From the NCBI GenBank assembly GCA_964304625.1, contig OZ199838.1:15614929-15678928 (forward strand): 64,000 nt of DNA, given 5' to 3'. Below the pieces are notes generated by a model. The model was not told where the DNA came from and did not search any database. It was given only the letters and a program-made list of their open reading frames with translations. Of this stretch, positions 25,360 through 39,296 are shown piece by piece (the stretch's first letter is position 1; each line of letters begins with the position of its first letter). Source of the stretch: Kudoa neothunni. Its lineage: Eukaryota > Animalia > Cnidaria. A program made the translations under genes and the position numbers.

Positions 25360-27354
25360 TGCAACTTAAGTTTTAATTGAGAGAAATTTTAAATTACCTG
25401 TGGTGAAATGATAGAAAACCATAATCAAAACATTAATTTCTATTATCTGCTGAGAAATCAACACAGACAAACTGAGAGTGTTACAACAAAATCCTAAAAA
25501 AATAAGGCGCAAATTCTTAATTTTTTGGTCATTGTTCCTTGAATACAGCGCACATCTTTTTCGGCAATTCGGCAAAGGAATAGGGTATTTTTTTGGTAAT
25601 AGTTGACTTTTAACCAGCACATCTTTTTCTGGCACGAATGGTTTGACAAATTCGTTCGCATGTTTATCCAGAAACTGTTCTCTCCTAATTTTGTTGATAT
25701 TATTAAATACAGCATTATAATGAGGAAATGAATTTATTAGGCTGATATCTAAAATATTTAAAGAAAACAACGGTTGACCAACGTTTTGAGTATCTTTTGA
25801 CACTACTCGAAACGAGAATTCGGTCGACAGTATCCACACCACCTTTAATTTTATTGTAATATGGAATGACTTCAGGTTTTCTGCATTCATCAGAAGCCAC
25901 ATTTGTATTTACTGAGGAGGTAACCAAAAGTATAACTGACCTATTTTTTTGGGACGTAAGACAACAACATTTTTTCCCCATGGAAAGGAAAAAGTGACCT
26001 ATAAAGTTCCCTTGATTTACTTGCCTTCAGTACTTCGGGGATGTCTCTTTTGTTTGACCTGATTGTTCCAACCATAGTCATACCGAAGTTTAATAGTTTA
26101 TTGGCGAGAGGAACTGATGTGAAATAATTATCAGCGACAATATTTCTACCACCGTCCTTTAAATACAACACAAGATCTAGCACTATGTTCTCACCTAAAC
26201 ATTTTGCTCCTTGATTATTTTGTTTTCCAAGGTAAACTGAGATATTGTGACAAAAGTTCGTTGATAGGTCAACAAGTAAGAAAAATTTGATTCTATACAC
26301 AGCCGGTTTAGAACGCATGTAATGCTTGAAAGGGCATTTCCCTCTGAAAGTAACCAGTTGCTTATTGACAGTTAAATTGGAATTAGGAACAAGACAAATA
26401 GGAAGAATTTTTTTCCACTCATCAAATATTTCCCGTATTTGACAAAATTTATCGGTTGATTTTTTTTCGGCTCTGGTTGTATAATCGTCGAAATAGAGTG
26501 CACTTGTAATTTCAATAAATCTTCTCAAAGGCATGATACTTCTAAATATTTCCCTACCTTTATCCTTACTCCAAAGTGTTTTTAAGACTCCAATTTTGAT
26601 TTGAATATTGCCATATATATCAACACATCTATTTAGGCGCGGAACTCCATATTTGATAACTGTTTTCAAGATGGACTGTAGCGATATGAACCAAATTTAT
26701 TTGTATTCCGTAAAATGGTATCATAGATGCCATCACCAAAGTATATATCTAAGAAATCAGAAAATCCTTTGATTCTATGTGTTGCATAAGCAGTAACATC
26801 CGGGGCTTTTTTTTAAATATTTTCTTTGCATTCTTTCGATGTTTTCGGGATTTCAATATTCCATATTACATCATTTTTGTCTGACTGTACATCAAGGGAT
26901 TCAATATCATTATCATCAGATTCGAAAGAATCGGACAAGTTATTGCTATACTGTTCCACATCAACAGATTTGCTGCAGTAACTTTTACAACTATCAGAAT
27001 ATACATCGTCAGATGCACTTATATCTACAGTCGTACGCTTCGTCATTCCTCACAGATCATCGTCGGCATTTATTTCGTTATTTCCTCTTAACTTATTCGA
27101 TAGAATCTGTTTTAATTTTAATATGATGCATATAATAATTTTTACAGTTGTTTAAGTTTATAAAAACTTGGGGTCTAATATACACCGAAAAGCAAAACGT
27201 GTACAAAGTTTATTTATTTCCCTTGTAACTTTAATATTTTTATAAAATAAATGATTATAATATTCATGTGTTCCTTATAGGAAAATATACTGGATATAAA
27301 CCTCATCTGATTCCAATAAGTATATATAATTAGCAAAACAAAATGCACGGAAGG
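25360..27354 (-). mobile_element. Degenerate piggyBac transposase element (left boundary approximate)
   Basis: Motifs TVNKQLVTFRGKCPF (catalytic DE decayed), VADNYFTS and KGGVDTVD across frameshifted ORFs. GGAAGG-TTAA end at 27354. Confidence 0.85.
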
Positions 27355-27461
27355 TTAAATGGTAAATTTGTCCATTAAAACCATAATTTAACCATCTCTT
27401 ATGCATAAAAATCGTACTTCTCTTGAGTTAATAACAGTACTCAAAGGTTTTTACGGTATTC

Positions 27462-30092
27462 GGTAATGGGGGAGTGTCCACCTTCAAAAATTCGTCCTTT
27501 TTCGCGTACTCAAACCTACCGATTTTATTATAAATCGTCTTAATACATTTTTTAAATATGGAGTGAACACAAATATCTTTAAGAATATCAGTTAAAAAAA
27601 TCAATAAAAATGCACCTTCGGTCGTTATCGTGGCGTGCGCATAACTTTGCGCGTTCTTTTTTTGTGCTTTATTTCCCTAAGTTTCCACATATATACAACT
27701 TTGAGGCTATCATTATGTTCAGTTTAATTAAGTTCTATGGTATCATTAGAATTATCAATATATCTCTACTTTATTTCTACATTTTAGGTGTTAGATATAG
27801 TTTTTGTGATTTTAATTATGTTTCAAAAATTTTGATCAGAGATGAATTAATGAGTTATATTAAAAAAGTTTCTGTGACACGCTAGTGACTGAAGCTTAGC
27901 AATGGTAGAATTTAAGTCACAGCGCCAGTTTTACAAGTTGCTTCTAGATCAAGAAACATTGCTGAACTTCTTAACCAGGAAAGGTCTATTGCAGGAAATA
28001 CCGAACAGATGAAAAAATTGTCGTACGTATACCACTGGTAAATTAAAGATTGAACGAAGGTTAAAAATAACTCCACAGACCTACGATTTATTTGTGAATC
28101 AGAAAAATTCACTTATATTTGTTTCAAAGGGATTTAATGTTTCCGAAATTATTATGAATATAATTGTAAAAATGATTGTAAGAAATTCTTCTCTCCAAGA
28201 GCCTCAACTTTCTTTGGAATTATGAATAAATTTCATGATAATTCTTCCAAGTTATCGGTTTCCGATACTTTTGAACTGATTTATTTGTGGGCTATGGGAG
28301 AGCTTAGATGCCAGGCGAGTATTTTGACTAGAATAACGGGCAAAACTATTACATATTGGTATTCATCTTTAAGAAAAATTTGTTGGGGAGGTTTTCAGTG
28401 GCGTAAAAAGTTCGACGGAAAAAGAATTTTTTAAATAGACGAATGCCTTTTGAGGGGAAAACGGAAAAATAACCGTGTTAGGTTCTTGGGAGCAGGTGTC
28501 CGGAGAGGCGCCCCTAATGAAACCTATTCTCCATCATCTGATGATGACACGGATGATGATTCTGGTGGCACTAATGTCGAAAGATATGAGAACAGAATAG
28601 AAGGTCCGTCGGTAGTTGAGATTTGTGAATACTCCGTTGACGATGAAGGTAAATGTAAATTGCTGGAGTCGAGATTTTTCTTTGTGGATCGAGGGGAAAA
28701 ATATACTTACACCCCTAATTCTTCAATAGGTATCACATTACTCCACAATATACACAAACGAATGGAAAGAGTAAAAACAATTATGAATTTGGAGGTATAA
28801 TCATATATCTACAAACCACTCAAAAGAATAAGTTACAGCTAATGAGAATCATTCAAACACTGTAGAGATTGTATGGCACCATTTAAAAACGAAGCTTTTT
28901 CGAAGGATGGGTGGTGTGTCGAAAGATATGCTTCATTTGTATCTAGCTGAGGAATGGTTACGATCGAAACATGAAAATTCATGGGAGTTTTTTGATTTTA
29001 TTTTGAAAGAAATAACAAGAATATATTCCATTACCGATAATAATAATAATAATAGAAATAGAAATAATGAAAATTAGTTTATTCAATTTTATCGTATGAT
29101 TCTTCTTCGATTTGCGGACACACATTTATTATCTTTTATATAAGTACAATTCAAACTTTGTTATATTGTATCATTAAGCTATGTACATTTAAAAGTTATG
29201 GAGAATATAGTTTTCACTACGGAAGTTTATTGCCAATATTTTAAAAGTTATCATTTAATAGATAGAACATAAGCTCTACCAAATGAATACACTAACGCGT
29301 TAAAAAGCGATATATATTTCTGTGCCGATAATTTGTTTAATTCCATTTATATAAGTTGTTAAAAAAGTTATAACAACCATTGGTTACTTGTTGGTTGTGT
29401 TGGGTGACGAAATGATAAAAATAAACAAAATATTTCATTTTTAATATGTTTGCGTTTGTCTGGACTCTAGAACTAGAGATAATTATGTAACCTTCTCATT
29501 CAAAACGAATTCCTTTAATTATTAATGTTTCCATTCAGTGACTGTATTTTCCATTATACAATGACTCAATTGATACTTTATGAGTTCCTAATGTATTACC
29601 AAATATGAGAAATATTATGAAAGTCATAGTAATATCACTATTATTCGCATCATTACAAATATAAACCGCTAAGAAGATTATATAAACTAAAGTTCGTTGG
29701 GTTTTGACATTTCTAATCAACTAAACTTTCAACTTTTAAAAATTCTTTCTGGGTAGAAGTTGGTTTAAATTAAAACAAATTATCTAAATCTATTACGACC
29801 GAGTCAATTATGATTTTCGAACATAAATGCTATAATATGACTAGTTTGGAGATAATCATAGCCTTAAAGTTGCGTATATGTGGAAATTTACGGAAACGCA
29901 GCGCAAAAAATGAACGCACAACGTTGTGCACACGCTATGATAATGGCCTAAGCTGCATTTTTATTGATTTTTTTAAGATATTTGTGATCACTCCATATTA
30001 AAAAATGTATAAAGACGATTTATAATAAAATCGGTAGGTTTGCACAAGCGCAAAAAGGGCGAATTTTTGGAAGTGGATACTCCCCCATTACC
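27462..30092 (+). mobile_element. Merlin/ISXO2-like element with ~300-bp TIRs, decayed transposase
   Basis: GGTAATGGGGGAGT... / ...ACTCCCCCATTACC, with inverted homology 27462-~27760 against ~29800-30092. Remnants IDECLLRGKRK, HSNTVEIVWHHLK and LHLYLAE. No TSD seen. Confidence 0.8.
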
Positions 30093-30121
30093 TATTATAT
30101 TTCTCCGATATAACATGTTTT

Positions 30122-31289
30122 GGATCACATTTGATATCCCGCCCCAAATAATCCTATAATATTATCGAGATTAACGGAGGGGCTAATCGGTTGTTTACCG
30201 CCGCAAACACTATATACCGCACCATGAGGATTATCGGTTCACAAGCACAATATATAAGGATTAAGTTGCAATTTACAAACAACCGCACAACAATGATTGC
30301 ACCAAGAAAGGCATTCGATAAAATTTTTAGTGAAGAGAGAAATTCATCAATTATCTCATTGAAAGGGGCATTCTTGAAGAGCCTACTAATTGCAGTAAAT
30401 GTGGTGGAATCAGATTTTCGATCCACAAAAAAAATTGGCAATGTTGTGAAAAGTCTTGCCGGAAAGAAGTCTCTATTTTTGACTATACGATCTTCAAAAA
30501 TATGAAACTCAAAGTTAATGATTTCATGGAGTTGACTTGTTATTGGTTAGTGGGTGTATAAAACCCTTAACTTGATCACTATTACTGGCTTACTCTTCCC
30601 AAATTATCACTAACTATTCCCACTATCTTAGACAAATGATGGCCGATAGTTTAGGATTCGAGGACATCATAATTTGAGGAGAAAACACAGTCGTAGAATT
30701 TGATAGGTCCAAGTTTGGTAAAATAAAGCATAACAAAGGCCATGGTGTTAATGGAGCATTGGTTCGTGGAGATGTCGAAAGGACACTCGAAAGAAGAACG
30801 TTTCTAGTGGAGGTCCCTGATAGAACTGCCGAAACTCTAATAAAAAAAATAAAAATCTATGTTAAACCAGGCTCAATTATCATCAAAGACTGTTTCAAAA
30901 GCTACGCCAAACTTCTAAATTTCTACACTCATCTCACTGTTAACCAAAGTATGGGAATATGTAGTTAGTGTTTCGGGAGCTCAGACCAATACTATTGAGG
31001 ATACATGGGGTGCCATAAAATATCGAATATCTCCCAGAAAAAGAACATCGTCATTTAACGAGGATGGAATTGTTCGTATGGATGGCATTAATGAATTTGT
31101 TGGTGAATTTTAATGGAGAAGAAAAAATCAACATGACTTATGGAGTGGTTTTATGCTATCTCTAAAATTAATCTACAATCAAATTACTCTTATTAGCGCT
31201 TTGTTGTTTTTTTTTGTAAAATGTGTTTTTATAATAAATATGAAACATTATTTTATTGTGGATTAGGGGGCTTAGATCAAATTTCATCC
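30122..31289 (+). mobile_element. Merlin/ISXO2-like element, decayed
   Basis: Imperfect TIRs GGATCACATTTGAT...GCCCC / GGGGC...ATCAAATTTCATCC. Remnants VVEFDRSKFGK, VPDRTAETL...VKPGSIIIKDCFKSY and TNTIEDTW. Confidence 0.8.
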
Positions 31290-31913
31290 AATGAAATCTT
31301 CCGTAGAATTTTCTCCATTCAAAAATAAAAGTAAAAGTTAAAATTTTCCATCACACAGTGTTAGGCAAAACTGAGTATTAGCGCTAGTAAATTAATATAA
31401 GGCAATGATGTGTTGAAATGTGAGCTCATTACTTTCTAAGGATACATGTCTTCTATTAGATGGATGATATTAAATTAGCTCGAAGAACATATGAATAAAT
31501 TTTCTTTTCCAAGTCGTAAAATAATAATTTTTGTTAATAAATATATCCTAGACATATATTAGTCATTTAGCATAACAATAACGTCTATTTATTATATTGT
31601 ATATTAACCAAGCTAAAACGTGATTAAACCCATAAAGAACCTTAATTTTTTTAAATAAATGATACTTTACTCAGATTATTTTTTAAATTCAATTTTTTTC
31701 TGTTGTCGTATATGTATACACACTTATGTCTAGCTATGAGATTTTTATTTAACCCTTTATTTTTCTATGTTTTCTATACATAATTCAATTTTGGTATAAC
31801 TATAATATATAAATTGTTCTTTTATATTTACAAAAAACGATTTAAAATATGCAAATTGAAAACAGCTTTTTATATATTACACTTCTTATTGCGTTCAATG
31901 AATAATACTATTG

Positions 31914-31965
31914 ATTTACTATATGAACCAATAAACATCATTTACTATATGAACCAATAAACATC
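31914..31965 (+). repeat. 26-bp tandem duplication in the copy F promoter
   Basis: ATTTACTATATGAACCAATAAACATC occurs twice in direct succession. Confidence 0.9.
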
Positions 31966-32044
31966 GGCATACTATTTATCTAACGATGTTTTCAATTAAA
32001 TATTAGTACTTGTGAATATCACTTGCTATATATAGCTGGCAAAA

Positions 32045-33502
32045 ATGGTATTGTTATTAACATTTATTGTTGTAAGTGTCAACTATTTTCATATAAGATC
32101 AGGTACACATTTTTCATTCAATCTAAATAATGCCAGTATAGAGCCATCACTTCTTTCCTATGAAAAAGACGTGGGTGAATTCAAAACAGGAGAAGATATA
32201 AACAACGAGCTAACAAGATGGTTTATCAATACAGAAACAAATAAATGTGAAACTTTCCAATACAAAGGAACAAAAGGCAACTTCAACAACTTTAGAACGG
32301 AAATAGAGTGCAAAAGACATCGTAAATTTTATATTGATTTAATACAATAATTAAGAATAGTTGAAAATCCTATTTCTGATAAAATTAATGGGTGCCTAGA
32401 TCCTTCAAAACAAGAGGGGTTATGTAATACTCTTAACTTACCTAGTCTTAACATCACAAAATGGTCATGGAACCGGTCTAATGCTGAGTGCGAAAGTTTT
32501 AGTTACACAGGTTGTGGTGGTAGTAAAAACAGATACGATTCAATAGAAGAATGCAAAAGTTTTTGTTACAGTACGTTTTATAAAAAATATTCGATTTATA
32601 ATCACATTTTTACACGAAGACGATGAATACGGGAAACCAACTGCAGACGGGGGTTTAAGTAACGAACAAGATAAAAAAGAATATGCCGTCCCAAGTTATT
32701 TTGACTGTCACTTAAAACCAGACCTTCAAACGAGCGAAGCTAAAATCAAGGCTATCGCATTAATTAGAGAGAAACAATGTGTGTATGTGGCAGCAGGATT
32801 GAAAGATGAAAAAAAAAAGATTAGAGGAGCATTCAACACTATTAACGAATGCGTGAAAAAATGCTTCCGTAATTATTATTCTCATAATTTAAATAATGTT
32901 TCAATAGCATATGAACATGATGATGCTCCTGCTAATGAAAAAAATGAAACAAAAAATACCTGCATGTAGTAGAGTGCAGCCTGATCAGTTTGGAAAACCA
33001 GCATCAGATTCAACCGCGAAACCAACAATAAGATTCTATTACGACCATAGCAACAAGGGTTGTTCACGCTTTGAGAGTTGGCCTGGAACCTTTGACCGAG
33101 AAAAAAATAATTTTCCTTCAGCTGAAATCTGCGAAAGTTATTGTGGATGGGGTAAATTATTTAACCTCCAAATTTTTTACTGAAAATTAAATAGATAAGC
33201 CTGAGGATACTAAACCTATAGAAAGAGAACCTGTTTGTTATATACCAAAAGCTGGTGAATACAGCAAAGATGATAATATTAATGGAAATTTAAATGTTAA
33301 AAGATGGTATTTTGATAGTTCTGAGGATAAATTTAAGTGTCGTTCGTTCTTGTTTGGTGGACTCAACGGAAATGCTAATAATTTCAAAACATTTGAAGCT
33401 TGTAAAGTTATTTGCTGGAAACAAATGGACCCTGATGCAACGCCATATACTAAGGAAGATGATTACCCTGGAACTGAAGACGATCAGGAAAAGAAAGGAT
33501 GA
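32045..33502 (+). pseudogene. Five-Kunitz copy F, +1 frameshift in an A-run in exon 5 (or assembly error)
   Basis: A7 at 32938-32944 against A6 in the otherwise identical tract of copy G. The rest looks intact. Loop is PSKQEGLCNTLNLPSLNITKW. Confidence 0.7.
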
Positions 33503-34678
33503 AGCGAGATATTTTTATCAATAATTACTTTAACTCGTATATTTATTTATTCTCATATTACAATCACATAAAATCATTAATATTCTCTAGCCTATACATC
33601 CAAATTTGCAATATATAAATTCCCTAGATCAATATGAGATTTTTTGCAATAAATTCCAGAATCGTTCAATTAAATTGAGTTTTATCATTAAATATTTGTC
33701 TCAAATTAATTTATACCAAAATTTACCATACGCAAATAAACACCTCAAAACCTGAAAGTGATGACTCAACAATTAATACTAAAAAACTGCAATCTTATAA
33801 AAATAACAAATAAAACCAACCATTTCCTATCAAATTTATTCAATATTGCTGAGGGTAAGTTGAAAACTTCCCAAAATAGCTTACATTCCTTTATAATTTT
33901 GTTGGAGCTGCCACTTTTGCCGTAGTTGATATCGTTATTATTGTCTCCTTTAAATTTCTTTCTTGTATTTTCTCAACAAAATCTAAGTTACTATTTTTTA
34001 AATATTATATGTACAAATACTTTATTATTACGTTATTTTCTTGCGTCACGCTTTTTTGTTGCTACAATATATGAATTAGAAAAAATGTAATGGGGGTTAG
34101 AAGTATTAGCGTAATTGTATTCAACTATAATTTTATATTAAAATATTTATCGAATGTTATACATACATGTTTATATAAAATGTTTGTTATGAGAAATGAA
34201 ATAAAATAATGTGTGACTTTAAATAAGTTCATTTTAATCTGCAGTCAATCTAATAACTTAATTAAATTTTTCAATTTGGATGAATATTACATAAGTTATA
34301 AATTATTTTTAAATTAAAATATTTTAAGATTTGTGACATTACATTTATATTGATTGTGAATTAAATTTTTGCCCGAAAGAATGTATGAATGTATATATAA
34401 TTCGATGTTTAGCTAGGAGCTTTTATAAACGCATTTATTTTATTATATTTCTCAGAAATGATTAACTTTTTACAGATTTATAGTATGTAAATTGTTCTAT
34501 TTTATTTATCAAAAAATCTGATTTTAAAGACAGTTGAAAAACAAAACTCGTTTTATGATCAATGAATAATGCAATTGATTGGTCACTTGTATTTAGAAAC
34601 ATCGGCGTATTATTTATTTATCGACTTTCTCAATTAAATATTATTATTTGTGAATCTCATTTATTATAGTTGACAAAA

Positions 34679-36119
34679 ATGTTATTTTTATTAACATTTG
34701 TTGTTGTAAGTGTCAACTATTTTAATATAAGATCAGGTACACTTCTTTCATTCAATCTAAATAATGCCAGTATAGAACCACCACTTCCTTCCTATGAAAA
34801 AGACGTGGGTGAATTCAAAGCAGGAGAAGATATAAACAATGAACTCACAAGATGGTATATCAATACAAAAACGACTAAATGCGAAACTTTCCAATACAGA
34901 GGAACAAAAGGCAACTTTAACAATTTCAGAACAGAAATAGAATGCAAAAGACATCGTAAAATGTCTATTGACGTAATATACTAATTTTATATAGTTGAAA
35001 ATCCTATATCTGATAAAATTAATGGGTGCCAAGATAATGTTAAGTTGGAGGGGTCTTGTAGTGAGAGGACAGAAAAATGGTCATGGGACCCATCTAAAGC
35101 TGAATGTGAACGTTTTGATTACTCAGGTTGTGGTGGTAATAGAAACAGATACGATTCAGAAGAAGAATGCAAAAGTTTCTGTTTTAGTATATTTAACACA
35201 AAAATACTTGATTAATAACCACATTTTTTATACGAAGATAAGGAATATGGGAGTCCAACTAATCAGGAGGCGTTAAATGGCAAAAATGGCAAAGACGAAT
35301 ACGCCCTTCCAAATTATCATGATTGTCACTTGAAACCAGACCTTCAAAATAGTAATGCTGAGATCAAAGCTATCGCATTAATTGATGAGAAACAATGTGT
35401 GTATGCGGCAGCAGGATTGAAAGACAATAAAAAGATAAGAGGAGCATTCGATACTATTAACGAATGCGTGAAAAAATGCTTCCGTAATTATTATTCTCAT
35501 AATTTAAATAATGTTTCAATAGCATATGAACATGATGATGCTCCTGCTAATGAAAAAATGAAACAAAAAATACCTGCATGTAGTAGAGTGCAGCCTGATC
35601 AGTTTGGAAAACCAGCATCAGATTCAACCGCGAAACCAACAATAAGATTCTATTACGACCATAGCAACAAGGGTTGTTCACGCTTTGAGAGTTGGCCTGG
35701 AACCTTTGACCGAGAAAAAAATAATTTTCCTTCAGCTGAAATCTGCGAAAGTTATTGTGGATGGGGTAAATTAATAAACCTCCAAGTTTTTTACTGAAAA
35801 TTAAATAGATAAGCCTGAGGATACTAAACCTATAGAAAGAGAACCTGTTTGTTATATGCCAAAAGCTGGTGAATACAACAAAGATGATAATATTAATGGA
35901 AATTTAAATGTTAAAAGATGGTATTTTGATAGTTCTGAGGATAAATTTAAGTGTCGTTCGTTCTTGTTTGGTGGACTCAACGGAAATGCTAATAATTTTA
36001 AATCATTGGGCGCTTGCAAAGTTATTTGCTGGCAACAAATGGATCCTGATGAAAAAACATTTCCTATGACGGATGAAAATTCTGATACTGGAGACGATAA
36101 ACAAAAAGGTCAACAATGA
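34679..36119 (+). CDS. Five-Kunitz protein, copy G
   Basis: Same exon structure with an open frame. Loop is VKLEGSCSERTEKW. Confidence 0.9.
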
Positions 36120-36869
36120 GATATATATATTCTCAATATTTATTTAAACTTATATAATTAATTAAATTCTTATAACATTTTATTGAAAATAATGACTTTT
36201 GTTTAGCCAATGATATAAAATCAACGTTGGTTTTCTCGAGCAATATGGAAAATTTTGCAATAAATGCGAGAAGCATTGAATTAAATTGAGTTATATCATT
36301 AAAATATTTCGATACATCAATATAACAAGGACAGAGGTATGCACGATAAAATATAATCCTAAACGGCACTTACGTTTGTACAATGAGAATTTTTGATCTC
36401 AGCAACTCTAACTTACGAGCTGGTTATAGATTTAAATTTTTAGAATCTGATATATTTAATTATTTCTGACCCCAATTTTAGCATTGTAATGTTTTTACTG
36501 TTCAAGAATTTTTACACTTCATTTACATTTCACGAATTCCTAATAAATGAAATAACTCTTAATTTTCGTGTTTCAAAATTTCGACAATTTTTGTACACTA
36601 CAAATAACTATTGATTTTTAAGGATATGTTTTTGGTATACCTAGAAAAAAGGGTTACTTCAGATTATATATATGAATAATAAAATATTGAAACTCTATAT
36701 ATTAATTTTATAATTAATCGCTAACATCAATTTTATCGTAAGTTTGTATCTCTTGGCGATTATTACAGACACGGTAAAGAGACTATCGCAGGATAAAAAA
36801 CTCAAATTTGAATATTCCTTTATTGTTTAAGTAAACAATAGTAATACATAGCAGATTTATTTTTTGTAA

Positions 36870-37690
36870 TAAAGGGCCATTTGACGATAATATCTAACGA
36901 ATATTCTATCAATTTGTTGAGCGACCATACCGATAAGAAAGAATTTGCCAGCGATCTCGAATTGGAAGGACCATTATCTGATGCATCTTATTGTGACGAT
37001 GCAGTTGAAGGAAGTGCTTCCTTATCTGACTCCGAAATCGAGGAAGAAAATTCTCCTGAATAATTTATAAAATTTTGAAATTCAAAAAATAGTTTTTAAT
37101 GAAGTTTTGGTTAAAGATCTAGGGGAAGAACAAAAGTCACAATAACGATTTACACAAAGTCGGACTTATATGAGATTCGGAGAACGATAAAATTATTCTC
37201 GAACAATTCTTATTATTTTTTTCAGTCATTGTCTTAGAGGAAATATTATATTACATAAACATATTGTTTGTCTAATCCCAAATTAAATGCTAAAAGTACC
37301 GTAACTATGGAAGAACTAAAAGCCTTCATTGATGTTTTGATAAAATCTGTCCGCTACAATGGGGTTAAGCTATCCTTAAAGAATCTTTGGGATTGGAATC
37401 CAATTTTCAAACCACTCTTTTACTCTGAGACAATTTCTAGAGACAGATTCACTCATACTTTTATATAACCAGTTGTTTTGACGATCGAAAAACAAGAACA
37501 CTAAGAATTCAAGAGAATGGAAATAATTTCGAGGCGACACAGGAAATATTCGATGTAGTCAATTCTTCTTTTCAACAAAATTATTCACCCGGCACTCACA
37601 TAACGGTTGATGAGAGAATGATTTCATTTCGTGGGCGATGCCCTTTCACATATATATGAAACAGAAGCCCCATAGGTTCGGAATGACTGT
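36870..37690 (+). mobile_element. Truncated piggyBac transposase relic
   Basis: Acidic N-terminus, MEELKAFI, ISRDRF, and ITVDERMISFRGRCPF...YMKQKPHRFG. Confidence 0.8.
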
Positions 37691-39296
37691 TAGCAACAAT
37701 TATTCCCGGATTAGTAAAACTTATAACTCATAAAATAATTTTTTTTATTTTAAATACTTTTTTAAACATCAATAATTTAACTGCTAATCCATTATTACTA
37801 TCAAATAAATTTTTATAATTTTCTATGGCATTAAATATTAATGGGTTAATAATTTACAAAGATCATCATTGATTTATTTCATATTAGCGCTAATGCCCGG
37901 CTTTGCCTGGTACTGTGTAGTGGAAAATTTTAAACTTTAATTTAATTTCTGAATGGGGAAATTCTACGATTAAGTTAATTTAATTAACACATTGAACCCC
38001 GTAAATTTTATTATTCTATTTTAATTGTTGCATTTCAAAGCTTGTCATTATTTTTGCAATGTGATGATTTAGAATAACGAAATTATGCCCGTACTTTCTA
38101 TTCAAATATAAATAGAGGTATTGAAGGAAATTAATGAGTATTTTTAAGTTTCTTTTGAAAATTATTGACCAACAATATAATAACCCTAATTTTATGAACA
38201 ATGTAATTAACGATTAGAGTTCATTTATTTATTAAAAGAATCATTAAGTAACTTGAATAGGACTTTCAATTCTTTTCAAAATTTTGCGATATAAATTAAC
38301 CTTTCTAGTTATAAAATTTATTATTAGTCTACAAACGATAAGGAAAAAAATAAAAACAACCTACGATGCGTCAGAAATAAAAATATTAATTGTTACTACT
38401 TTTTTGAAATTTTATAAAGGATCTTAATGAGTTTTTAAGAAGCAGTGAGTGGTTACTTAAGTATTCACTATTTTAAAATAATTTCCAGATTTTTAAATAA
38501 ATGCAACCCTTTTTTAACAAAAATACTTACCAGTTCAAAAATGTACAAACTTAATTATCAAAATACAATTAAATCTAAAATGTAAAGGTGTTTTCGATTT
38601 AAAAAATTACAGTAGTGCTTAAATATCAACATCAACTGGTTTTCTCGAAGAAGTGCACCCTTTAAAAATAAACATACTGTTTATTGTCCTAAAAAAGTTC
38701 CTCTGTGTTGAATTATTCTTAGATAAACTAAAACTTTGTGAAAACGTCGGTTAGATCGAATAGACCAATAATTAATTATTAACTTACATGTCACACATTG
38801 AGAAGGGACTGTATTTTATGCAGAAGTAATCGTGAATATAAATTCTTAAACTACGTATAGAATGCGATATCGCATATTTGTATGCAGCTTGTATATCATA
38901 ATGAATTATTTTTTACGAAAAGAAAATTATATATTGATTTGAATATTAACCCTAAGGTCTGGGGGTAAGGAATAATTAGGTTACTAAGAATTTAAACATT
39001 AGTTAAAAAATTATCTCATCTAATATAGAAACTCATTGAATTAGTCATGCTAGCTGTTTTAGAAGAAAGTTTAGGAAAACCAAAAAATGAGTAAAAACTT
39101 ATCGAAATGACGAATATAGTTTCAATCTCAATCGATATATTTGATGAAAAGAAATTTTCATTTAAGATATCACAAAAATTTAATTATTTGAAAATTTTAC
39201 ACACATCTTACATCGTTTTTAGAATGCTTATAGAATTACTAAATTATTCCTTGATGCCAATAACTTATAATCTCAAATTATGTGTTTTATTTAAAA

